Source: Clostridioides phage LIBA2945
Reading direction: 5' to 3' (one strand)
Sequence record: MF547663.1
DNA: 64,000 nt
The translations under genes were made by a program, and so were the position numbers. Of this stretch, positions 10,843 through 19,471 are shown piece after piece. Each line of letters begins with the position of its first letter. Positions within the stretch are counted from its first letter, which is position 1. The notes beneath the pieces are model-generated. The model was not told the origin of the DNA. It did no database searches and saw only the letters and a list, made by a program, of their open reading frames with translations.

Positions 10843-11661
10843 ATGAAAAGATTTGCAGTGAAAGATGCAGGTAATGTAATAGTAAAAAATAAAGTAACAG
10901 GAGAAGTATTGTTTTATTCACAGGATTTAAATGCTTTTAATTTTAAGATGGATTCAGAATCAGTTTATGCAAAAGCTAAAGGTGCAAATACAATAGCTTT
11001 TGATGGAGCAATAACAGCAAGTTTAACAATGGAACAAGAAGTAATACAAATGGCACAATTAGCGATGTTATTATCTTCTGATATAGATGAGAAAACTGCA
11101 AAGGTTGGGAAAAGAAAAGTATTAACATCTGATAGTACTAAGAAAGTTACTTTAGAAAATATAAAGCCAGTTGCAAATAGCATATCTGTATATAGTATAG
11201 AAAGTGATGGAATATCTATAATTAAAAAATTACAATTCACTTCATCAGTTACAGGAGCTAATACAGAAATAACAATATCTACAGCCGATTTTAATGCGGG
11301 AGATAAAGTAGCAGTATTCTATTTAGAAGAAATACCAAAAGCAAAAGTTGTAAAAATAAAAGAAGAATCTACTGCACCAAATTACGTTGTAGAAGCTGAG
11401 GTAATGGTTAAAACTGTGGATGGTGAATATATGGTTTTATACATGAGTGTTCCAAATGCAAAAGCACAAAGAAGTATAGAGTTAAATCTTACTGCTGAGA
11501 ATCCATCTGGATTTAATATGACATTAGATGTTTTACCAGATGAAAATAAAGAGTATGCTACATTCACATTTATAGGAGATGAAAATCTTAATCCTGCTAG
11601 AATGGCTTCAATGCTAGGTGTTGAATTAGAAGATGAAAAAGATACTAAACCTAAGAAATAG
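10843..11661 (+). CDS. major tail protein (candidate)
   Basis: 272 aa, flanked by terminators in a highly-expressed-gene context. Ser/Thr/Val-rich beta-type composition. Position after the connector genes. Confidence 0.5.
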   Translation: MKRFAVKDAGNVIVKNKVTGEVLFYSQDLNAFNFKMDSESVYAKAKGANTIAFDGAITASLTMEQEVIQMAQLAMLLSSDIDEKTAKVGKRKVLTSDSTKKVTLENIKPVANSISVYSIESDGISIIKKLQFTSSVTGANTEITISTADFNAGDKVAVFYLEEIPKAKVVKIKEESTAPNYVVEAEVMVKTVDGEYMVLYMSVPNAKAQRSIELNLTAENPSGFNMTLDVLPDENKEYATFTFIGDENLNPARMASMLGVELEDEKDTKPKK

Positions 11662-11668
11662 TAAAATG

Positions 11669-11699
11669 CCCTACTCAAAAGAGTAGGGGTTATTTTTTT
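11669..11699 (+). terminator. strong rho-independent terminator
   Basis: ccctactc-aaaa-gagtaggg hairpin followed by gttattttttt. Confidence 0.8.
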
Positions 11700-11740
11700 A
11701 CGTTTAAATCTGGTTTTAATCGGATTTGAACTTAAAAAAA

Positions 11741-12544
11741 ATGAAAGAAGGTGATAAAGTGGTATTTTTAGATGATAAGTTTTTATTTGATAATATTTCA
11801 AGTGAATCCATGAACATTAAATTAGTTACTTTAGGTGATGATGAAATACTAAATGAATATGGATTGCCCTACGAAGAAGCGATTAAATCTGATAGTACTT
11901 TTAATAAAAATCCTTGTTACTCAGAGGATGAAACTACTATTGAACCTATAACACTACAATTCTGTTTGTGTAGCGAACATGGGGAGGCTTATGAGTGGGA
12001 TGACTATACGCTAGAAAACATATGTAATTGGTTTTGGCAGAGAGAATTTAAACCTTTTATCAGTTATGACAATATAGAAGAAATATACTATCTCAAAGCG
12101 AGAAAGATAATAAAAAGATATACAAAAGATAAAAAAGGTGTATTAGAAATAGAGTTTCAACCATATACAAATTATGCTTATAGAAGCTTTCAAAAAGTTA
12201 TAACTGTCAAGGATACAAGGGAAATTAAACTAAATAATGTGTCTAATGTAGATGAAGAATATGCTCCAGTAATTGATATTGAATGTCTAAAAGAAGGAGA
12301 TATAACTATTAGAAATTCTACTATCAGCGATAATGAAGAAGACAATTTAGTTATAAGTGGATTAGAATTAAATGAAAAAATAACAATAGATAATTTATAC
12401 TATACTGTTTTAAATAGTTCTGGTGAGAATAGGTTTAATATTGTTAATAGAAAGTGGATTAGGTTAAGAAGAGGTGTAAATATATTGAAGTTTACTGGAA
12501 ACTGTAAAGTTTCTATTAAGTGTAAATATCCAATAATAAAATAA
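11741..12544 (+). CDS. tail-associated hypothetical protein (start uncertain: 11726 TTG, 11741 ATG or 11758 GTG)
   Basis: Follows the major tail gene and terminator. Has a weak resemblance to siphovirus 'phage tail family' proteins. Confidence 0.3.
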   Translation: MKEGDKVVFLDDKFLFDNISSESMNIKLVTLGDDEILNEYGLPYEEAIKSDSTFNKNPCYSEDETTIEPITLQFCLCSEHGEAYEWDDYTLENICNWFWQREFKPFISYDNIEEIYYLKARKIIKRYTKDKKGVLEIEFQPYTNYAYRSFQKVITVKDTREIKLNNVSNVDEEYAPVIDIECLKEGDITIRNSTISDNEEDNLVISGLELNEKITIDNLYYTVLNSSGENRFNIVNRKWIRLRRGVNILKFTGNCKVSIKCKYPIIK

Positions 12545-12557
12545 GGGAGAGATAGAT

Positions 12558-13007
12558 ATGAATAAAATACAAGTAGATAAATTAATACAAGATGAAGTTA
12601 GGGCTATAATACCAATTATAGATGAGAATGGTAAAGAGGAATATATAGAAGTTAGAAATCCTGATAAGGAGACTAAAGAAGAGATATTAAATAAAATATG
12701 GGTTGGTATGGAGAATCCAGATTTAGCATTATCTCAAGAAGATATTCTTAAAATGTTAGTTGATAAGTTAACTAATATAGAGTTAAATATTGATATACAA
12801 GATGTGATAGATGGTAATATATCTAGTGAGTTAGAAACTACGATGTATTACATAGGTCAAATAGAAAATGAATTAACTGCATCTTTATTAATGAACACTG
12901 ATGTTAAGTTAGGTCAGATGAAGAATGAGATATTACAGGATAGAGTTTTAAAAGAAACTGAAGAAATTGAAAAGATGAATAATATTAAAGATAAGGTAGT
13001 GAATTAG
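12558..13007 (+). CDS. tail assembly chaperone-like acidic protein
   Basis: 149 aa, very acidic, sits between the tail-tube region and where the TMP would be expected. Confidence 0.4.
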   Translation: MNKIQVDKLIQDEVRAIIPIIDENGKEEYIEVRNPDKETKEEILNKIWVGMENPDLALSQEDILKMLVDKLTNIELNIDIQDVIDGNISSELETTMYYIGQIENELTASLLMNTDVKLGQMKNEILQDRVLKETEEIEKMNNIKDKVVN

Positions 13008-13445
13008 ATGGAATTTAAATCATTAGATGAACTAGTTGCCTATACAAAAAATAAGATTGCTGCATCTATGCCAGAAGTTGGAAAAGAAATGAAAGAGATA
13101 GTAAAAGGAGAAGTAAACAAACAAGTTTATTCTAATTACGCTCCATCACTTTATGATAGGACTTATGAATTGCTTAATGCAATAGATGTGTCTGAAATAA
13201 CATCAAATTCTGTAGCTACAGAAATTAAAGATAGTGGGAGTTGGTTTGATATATATAGCAAAGCACATGCTTTTCCAATGGAGCGATTTGAAAATGGAGG
13301 CGTGTGGGGACATGGAAGTACTAAATATAACCCTGTATTTAGACCTAGAACAAATATAATGGAGGAAAGTAATTCTAAGGCACAAGAGAGAGTACCTAAG
13401 TGTTTTAAATCAACTATGAATAGATTGGGAGTGCCAATAGAATAG
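13008..13445 (+). CDS. hypothetical protein (last structural-block gene before the accessory island)
   Basis: Start abuts the previous stop (TAGATG). Confidence 0.35.
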   Translation: MEFKSLDELVAYTKNKIAASMPEVGKEMKEIVKGEVNKQVYSNYAPSLYDRTYELLNAIDVSEITSNSVATEIKDSGSWFDIYSKAHAFPMERFENGGVWGHGSTKYNPVFRPRTNIMEESNSKAQERVPKCFKSTMNRLGVPIE

Positions 13446-13667
13446 TATAAAAGATTTCCTATGCACATTTTCTTAAAATAAATAAAATTTAAAAATATAT
13501 TGTAAAAGATGAAAAAGTATGATACTATTTAAAAATAGAGAATTAATATGCTAATCATATTTTTAATGTATAAATTATTGTGTTGATTCTAACAACTAAA
13601 TAAAATGCAAAACAATAATTAAAAATATGAAAAATGATGGTTAAATTTTAGAAAAAGGAGATGTGCA

Positions 13668-14498
13668 TATGGAAAATGAAAAAAGAAATGAAGTATTTTC
13701 AAATGAAGAGCTGGGGTAAATGTTAGGACTATAAGTTACGAAGATGGAAGTATAGGTATTAATGCTGAAGATACAGCGATTGGATTTGGTTGGTGCAAGA
13801 TAGAGAAAAAAGGAGAAAAAGAATATAAGTCAGTAAGATGGAAAAGAATGAATGAATTTTCTAAGGAGTTTGGTTTCGACCACTTGTGGTCGAAAGATGA
13901 TTACATATCAGAATCACTTTTCTATATGTTAGGTATGAAAGCTAAAAATGAAGCAGCAGTAAAATTTCAAAAATGGTTAGCAATAGATATAATTCCAACC
14001 ATTCGTAAGCATGGAGCTTATATGACTGATACAAAGATAGAAGAAATACTATCTAATCCAGATACAATTATTAAATTAGCAACTGACTTAAAAAAAGAGA
14101 GAGAAAAGAGAAAAGCTTTAGAAATAACAAATAATAAACAACAACAAATCATAGGTGAACTTAAACCAAAAGCAGACTATACATATTTGATACTTAGAAA
14201 TGAAGGATTAGTAACCATAACTCAAATAGCTAAAGATTATGGGATGAGTGGTAAAGCTATGAATAACAAACTGAATGAGTTAGGAATACAGTTCAAACAG
14301 AGTGGACAATGGTTATTGTATAGTGACCATCAGGCTAAAGGATATACCCATTCTGACACAATAGATATTGTAAGAGCTGATGGAACACATGATGTTAAGA
14401 TGAATACTAAATGGACTCAAAAAGGAAGATTAATGATATATAAGAAACTTAAATCAATAGGCATATTGCCTGTCATAGAACTTAGTGAAGTTTGCTAG
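13668..14498 (+). pseudogene. disrupted Bro-N/KilAC antirepressor paralog
   Basis: 13668 starts with ATGGAAAATGAAAAAAGAAATGAAGTATTTTCAAATGAAGAGCTGGGGTAA (MENEKRNEVFSNEELG*), which parallels MENEMKVEVFKNEQFGEIRV of the intact paralog at 14654. The reading frame is then lost. The surviving ORF 13848..14498 keeps the C-terminal KilAC-like part (IEEILSNPDTIIKLATDLKKEREKRK, shared with the paralog). Confidence 0.6.
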
Positions 14499-14582
14499 GT
14501 CGTCTCAAAATACATGTTAAGGTTTAATAAAAAGAATTCAAAGATATAAGATAATATTGATAACTACATAATAAGAATATTG

Positions 14583-14628
14583 CTAGAGAGATTAGCATGC
14601 AGAATCAATATTATTCTAATCTCTCTAG
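14583..14628. promoter_or_regulatory. 13-bp perfect inverted repeat (ctagagagattag ... ctaatctctctag) upstream of antirepressor 2
   Basis: Seen directly. No T-run follows, so it is more likely an operator or RNA structure than a terminator. Confidence 0.5.
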
Positions 14629-14647
14629 TTAAAATAAATAGGGAGAT

Positions 14648-15439
14648 GTGTATATGGAAAATGAAATGAAAGTAGAAGTCTTTAAAAATGAGCAGTTTGG
14701 TGAAATTAGAGTGTTAGAAAAAGGTGGAGAACCTTGGTTTGTGGGAAAAGATGTAGCTGAAATGTTAGGATATTCCAATTCAAGAGATGCCTTAAAAAAG
14801 CATATCGACGAAGAGGATAAGGGGGTAGCGAAATGCGACACCCTTAGAGGAAGACAAATTTTAACAATTATTAATGAAAGTGGATTATATAGTTTAATCT
14901 TAAGTTCTAAGTTGGCAGAAGCTAAAAAATTCAAAAGATGGGTGACAAATGAAGTATTACCTACAATAAGGAGACATGGAGCATACCTGACAGATGATAA
15001 GATAGAGGAAATATTATCCAATCCAGATACAATTATAAAACTGGCTACAGAATTAAAAGAAAAGAGAGAAAAAATAAAACAATTAGAAACAGAAGTTGTC
15101 CATAAAGAAGATGTGATAATTGGATTAGTTGAAGATATAAGTTTAGCAGAGAAAAGACAAAGAATTAATCAGATAGTTAAATATAAGGTAGAGCCTAAGA
15201 ATTTCAGTAAGAGATGGAATTTGTTATATGACGAATTTGAGAAAAAATATCATCTTGATTTGAAAAGAAGAATTAATAATTGTGATATAAAACCTAAAAT
15301 TAGAAATAAGATAGATTATATAGATAGAGAAATGAGTATGATTCCTCAATTGTATGAGATAACATGTAAACTGTTTGAAAATGATGTGGAAGAATTAAAA
15401 AATGAATGGATTTCTGTTATAGAAGAAAAAGTTTGTTAG
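14648..15439 (+). CDS. phage antirepressor (Bro-N N-terminal + KilAC-like C-terminal)
   Basis: FGEIRVLEKGGEPWFVGKDVAEMLGYSNSRDALKKHIDEEDKG is a typical Bro-N signature. C-terminal IEEILSNPDTIIKLATELKEKREK is the ANT/KilAC region. Confidence 0.75.
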   Translation: MYMENEMKVEVFKNEQFGEIRVLEKGGEPWFVGKDVAEMLGYSNSRDALKKHIDEEDKGVAKCDTLRGRQILTIINESGLYSLILSSKLAEAKKFKRWVTNEVLPTIRRHGAYLTDDKIEEILSNPDTIIKLATELKEKREKIKQLETEVVHKEDVIIGLVEDISLAEKRQRINQIVKYKVEPKNFSKRWNLLYDEFEKKYHLDLKRRINNCDIKPKIRNKIDYIDREMSMIPQLYEITCKLFENDVEELKNEWISVIEEKVC

Positions 15440-15495
15440 ATTTAGATGTGACAAATAGTCACTTATGAGATAGCATTGATAATTGAATAATAAGG

Positions 15496-15537
15496 CTAGA
15501 GAGATTAGTCTAATATCATTGTTATTCTAATCTCTTA
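15496..15537. promoter_or_regulatory. imperfect copy of the same palindrome upstream of antirepressor 3
   Basis: tagagagattag ... ctaatctctta. Confidence 0.45.
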
Positions 15538-15567
15538 AACTAAATAAAATGAAAAGGAGATTGGAAT

Positions 15568-16281
15568 ATGGGAAATTTAATGGTGTTTGAAGGTAAAGAA
15601 GTTGAAGTATTTGAGTTTGAAGGAAAGATTTTATTCAATCCTAAACATGTGGCAGAATGTTTAGAGATTTCAGATGTTAACAGCAGTATTAGAAAATTTA
15701 ATGATAATCAGGTAGTTAAACTGACTAATTCAGATATGCACAATATGCATATCCGAAAATTAAATAATGCAGGAGAGAAATTTCTTACAGAAAGTGGAGT
15801 ATACAAACTAATATTTAAGTCTAAAAAGAAAGAAGCAGAAAAATTTCAAGATTGGGTAATGGATGAGGTATTGCCATCTATTCGTAAAACAGGTACATAT
15901 AATATAAATCAAAATTATCTATTAGAAATGATACAAGGTGGTATTATGGGAGGTCTTAAATCTGTAGCACAATATGTAGATGACAGATTTAATGGAATTG
16001 AAGAAAGTAATAATCGAAAAATTAATGAGATAGAAAGTCTAATTGGACTTAGAGCCAAGAATGTAACCATGTTATCAAAATTATTAAAATTAAAATTGTC
16101 TTATATTAGAGGATACAATGTTAAGGCAAATGATTATGATTATAAGGCTACAACAACTAAAATATTCTTCAGATATAATGTGAATAAGTGGGAGGATATA
16201 CCAGCATCTAAATTTAATGAAGTTTATGACATAATTAATAATTTAGAAAACATTGATGATGTATATACATGGAAAAATTAG
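15568..16281 (+). CDS. phage antirepressor (Bro-N domain, divergent C-terminus)
   Basis: N-terminus FEGKILFNPKHVAECLEIS...AGEKFLTESGVYKLIFKSKKKEAEKFQDWVMDEVLPSIRKTG is Bro-N-like. Confidence 0.65.
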   Translation: MGNLMVFEGKEVEVFEFEGKILFNPKHVAECLEISDVNSSIRKFNDNQVVKLTNSDMHNMHIRKLNNAGEKFLTESGVYKLIFKSKKKEAEKFQDWVMDEVLPSIRKTGTYNINQNYLLEMIQGGIMGGLKSVAQYVDDRFNGIEESNNRKINEIESLIGLRAKNVTMLSKLLKLKLSYIRGYNVKANDYDYKATTTKIFFRYNVNKWEDIPASKFNEVYDIINNLENIDDVYTWKN

Positions 16282-16326
16282 AAAATACCCACAGTTGGGG
16301 ATTTTGGAAATATGACATAAATATAA

Positions 16327-16379
16327 TAAGATTAGTAGCTCTTATAGATTTTTAAATAAAATAAGAGCTACTAATCTTA
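16327..16379. terminator. 19-bp perfect inverted repeat hairpin (likely bidirectional terminator/boundary)
   Basis: taagattagtagctcttat ... ataagagctactaatctta. Confidence 0.5.
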
Positions 16380-16573
16380 TTATATTTGTAGAATATAGAA
16401 TATTATATATAAATTTATAAAAAACAAATAAAATGATAAAAAACAAAAATAAATAACATATTATTACATATTTTTCCATTTTAATTATTTTGAAAAAGTG
16501 TTAGAATTTGTATAACAAATAATAATTCCGGAAAGACTTGTTTGAACTTTATAGCAATATTGGAGGTATTATT

Positions 16574-17278
16574 ATGTTTAAAATAATTATATGTGAAGAT
16601 GAAGAAATTCAAAGAAAAATAATGTTTGAATATATAGAGATTTTCTTTAAAAAAGATATTGAATATGAAATTATTTGTTTTAATAATGGAGAAGAATTAA
16701 TAAATAATTATATTAAAGCAGATATAATTTTTATGGACATAGGATTTAAAGGTATGAATGGCTTAGAAGCAGCAAAAGAAATAAGAAAAATAGATAAGGA
16801 TGTTGTTATAATATTTGCAACAGCTTTCGTATCGTATGCTACAGAAGGTTATGATGTTAGAGCTTTTAGCTATTTACTAAAACCTATAGCATATAATTCT
16901 TTTGAAAAAATAATGTCAAAATATTTCATTGAGAGGTCTGAAGAAAAGAAATTAATAGAATTTAAAATAAAAGATGAAACAAAAGTAATAAAATTAGAAG
17001 AGATAATATGTATAGAGAGTTTAGGTAAATATATAAAGATTCATACTAAGACTGAAAGTTTTTTTACTGCAATTAAAATCAAAAGGATTGAAGAGAAACT
17101 TTCTAGTAAAATATTCTTTCGATGTCATAAAAGTTTTTTAATAAATTTATTAGAAGTTAGAAATTATAACAGGAAAGAAGTTATTTTAGGTGATAGAAAG
17201 ATAAAAGCTACAATTTCTTATAGAAAATATAACAATTTTAAAAAGAGTCTCACTTCTTTTCTATGTGATAGATTTTGA
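16574..17278 (+). CDS. orphan LytTR-family response regulator (receiver + LytTR DNA-binding domain)
   Basis: ATG at 16574 with SD ttggaggt. N-terminus KIIICEDEE...IIFMDIGFKGMNGLE...VIIFATAF is a CheY-like receiver with the phospho-Asp context. C-terminal IICIESLGKYIKIHTKTE...FFRCHKSFLINL is a LytTR domain. No cognate kinase nearby. Confidence 0.8.
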   Translation: MFKIIICEDEEIQRKIMFEYIEIFFKKDIEYEIICFNNGEELINNYIKADIIFMDIGFKGMNGLEAAKEIRKIDKDVVIIFATAFVSYATEGYDVRAFSYLLKPIAYNSFEKIMSKYFIERSEEKKLIEFKIKDETKVIKLEEIICIESLGKYIKIHTKTESFFTAIKIKRIEEKLSSKIFFRCHKSFLINLLEVRNYNRKEVILGDRKIKATISYRKYNNFKKSLTSFLCDRF

Positions 17279-17327
17279 ATAAAATAAATTATTTATAATT
17301 ATAAAATGAATAAAATTATTCTTGAAA

Positions 17328-17357
17328 TTGCGTTTATACCGTTTTCCTATGCGTTCA
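17328..17357 (+). promoter_or_regulatory. candidate LytTR box: 9-bp direct repeats with 12-bp spacer (TTGCGTTTA-N12-ATGCGTTCA)
   Basis: Seen directly. The 21-bp phasing matches the known architecture of AgrA/LytTR binding sites. Located about 150 bp upstream of ORF 17514. Confidence 0.45.
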
Positions 17358-17513
17358 TTCCTTTTCACTTGATTTTCTACTGAAAAGAAATTATTATATA
17401 ATTAAAAGATACGTATCCTATTTAAAAGAGAAACTTATCAAAAATAAATTATTAAAGATAAGTTTCGAGATTATTTAGTATTTTTAAGTACATTTTATAG
17501 GGGGATGACGTAT

Positions 17514-17873
17514 ATGGAAAATTTTAAAAAAGATTTTGTGAAAAGTATGGGTATAATTAAATCATCTGAAATATTTCAAGGAAATATATTAGAGAAAAAT
17601 GAGCAAAGACTTGAGATGATTGAATATACGAAGCGAGATATTAATTTACTGACTAAAATTAAACATCTTTTTGAAAATATAAATGAATGTAATTTACAAG
17701 ATGCACAATACATAATAGAAAATGAATTGTTTTATGAAAGAGTTTCAATTCATACAATAAATAAATATATAAATAAATTTGGTGATATAAATGATTTTAA
17801 ATATGCATATAGATTGAAAGCAAAAAACGGGTTTAGGAGGACTATGGATTATTTAGTTAGAAAAAAGCATTAA
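17514..17873 (+). CDS. hypothetical protein (119 aa)
   Basis: Its translation initiation region (agggggATGACGTATATGGAAAAT) is near-identical to that of the antirepressor genes (agggagATGTGTATATGGAAAATG). Confidence 0.4.
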   Translation: MENFKKDFVKSMGIIKSSEIFQGNILEKNEQRLEMIEYTKRDINLLTKIKHLFENINECNLQDAQYIIENELFYERVSIHTINKYINKFGDINDFKYAYRLKAKNGFRRTMDYLVRKKH

Positions 17874-17953
17874 GATAATTAAATTTGTATATATTAGAGG
17901 CAATCTAAATTGATTGTCTTTTTTTTATTAAATAATTTATGTTGCAGTTATTT

Positions 17954-17983
17954 AAATGATGACAGAGATATGACAAGGATAAT
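17954..17983 (+). promoter_or_regulatory. direct-repeat motif copy 1 (aATGATGACAgagatATGACAAGgATAAT)
   Basis: One of three copies: ATGACA-N5-ATGACAAG followed by a TATAAT-like element. Preceded by a terminator, followed by ORF 18026. Confidence 0.4.
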
Positions 17984-18025
17984 TATAAGCATAAATATTT
18001 TGTTTTACATTAAGGAGGTGTGAAT

Positions 18026-18313
18026 ATGGAGTTAATATTTAAATTTAAGGATGTTCATGAATGTGTAGATTTTACTAAGGAGTTTAATCGTATTTATGCA
18101 AATAAAGAAAACTTCAAAAATAGATTGTTATTCAATAAAGTCAATATTCCAAAACATTTAATATATAATTATGATGATGATATTTGGACTGGAGATATAA
18201 TTAAAATGGCTAATCAGGCAAAGAAAAATGATTATAGCTTCTTTATGTTTAACAATATAATTTATTTTATAGATGATGAATGTATAAGTTATAAGATAGG
18301 TTTTAGAGATTAA
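18026..18313 (+). CDS. hypothetical protein (96 aa)
   Basis: SD taaggaggtg. Confidence 0.4.
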   Translation: MELIFKFKDVHECVDFTKEFNRIYANKENFKNRLLFNKVNIPKHLIYNYDDDIWTGDIIKMANQAKKNDYSFFMFNNIIYFIDDECISYKIGFRD

Positions 18314-18532
18314 ATTGTAAAATTTATAAGACGTTTATTATTATATTAATATAGATAAGGCGAGTGGCCATAGTACACCTTTAAGGTGTGGAGATAGAAT
18401 AAACCTTTTATTATTATAAGATAATAGAAGGTTTATTCTATTGTAATATAAATATCAAGATGTATTAATAAATATTAAAGATAATCAATTTAGATTGTTT
18501 TTTAAATTGAATCATTTATGTTGTAGTTATTT

Positions 18533-18562
18533 CAATGATGACATGTGTATGACAAGTATAAG
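18533..18562 (+). promoter_or_regulatory. direct-repeat motif copy 2
   Basis: caATGATGACAtgtgtATGACAAGTATAAg, with the same roughly 50-bp upstream context as copy 1. Confidence 0.4.
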
Positions 18563-18680
18563 ATACTTGGAAATATTGAAGGACATATAATACTAGATAT
18601 TATTAAAAGTAATAAATAGTCGTTGCTATTGGCGACTTTGAGAAGTATAATTTTCTTTTATTAATTATGGAGGTGAAAAT

Positions 18681-18839
18681 ATGAGTCAACATAAAATAAA
18701 ACCAATTCAGGCAACACCTGAATTATCAGGTAAAGACGCTGAATTATTTATAAGGCAAGTATTCAGTAAACCAAGTCAAAAGGAAATAGAAAGAAATGAA
18801 AGACTTTTAAACATTATAACCTCGTGTAAGACTCTTTAA
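18681..18839 (+). CDS. small hypothetical protein (52 aa)
   Basis: SD ggaggtg. May be the N-terminal remnant of a decayed gene. Confidence 0.3.
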   Translation: MSQHKIKPIQATPELSGKDAELFIRQVFSKPSQKEIERNERLLNIITSCKTL

Positions 18840-19147
18840 GGCTTTGCAAAAATTATCACTTGTGTTTATGCCTTGATTACTTAGAATCGAACATAAGAGG
18901 TTAATTTTTATGACTGAAAGTATTAGAATTCCAACAAGTGTTCCTGAGAGGAACATTTTGTTTGGTGTTTAGCTACTATAAGAGCTTATTTTAATTTTGA
19001 GTGTGATGGGATTGAGGAGCTATTACTTGAGAGTAGATGATTTACTGGAATGGTTTATCATGTGAATTAAATTCCGTAGCTTCTAACTAGCCTTAAGTTT
19101 AAGGGTTACCTATTTATAAAAAATGACAGATAATGAGATTTAATATG

Positions 19148-19221
19148 TAGTCAAAGATGTAGTAGAAAAAATAGGATATAAAGATGTATCTGACACCTTG
19201 AAAAACATATTGATGAAAAAG
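19148..19221 (+). pseudogene. Bro-N antirepressor remnant
   Basis: Translates to VVKDVVEKIGYKDVSDTLKNILMKK, resembling the FVGKDVAEMLGYSNSRDALKKHIDE core of Bro-N domains. Surrounded by stop-rich DNA and followed by a terminator. Confidence 0.4.
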
Positions 19222-19471
19222 TTAAAAATATTAAGGCAGCTTATATAGCTGTCTTTTTTGTATAGAATAAAAAAGTTTATTATAACAGATAGTTATTATT
19301 TTATTAGTGTGTTACCAAGAATAAATTCCTTTTATCTAATATTTATTACAAATAATATATATTTTTATCTAATGAATGATTTTATATTTTAGTGTAAATT
19401 GGTATATTTTACCATTTACACTTGATATAATAAAAAATATAAACTATTTAAATAGAATTAGGGGGAATTGT

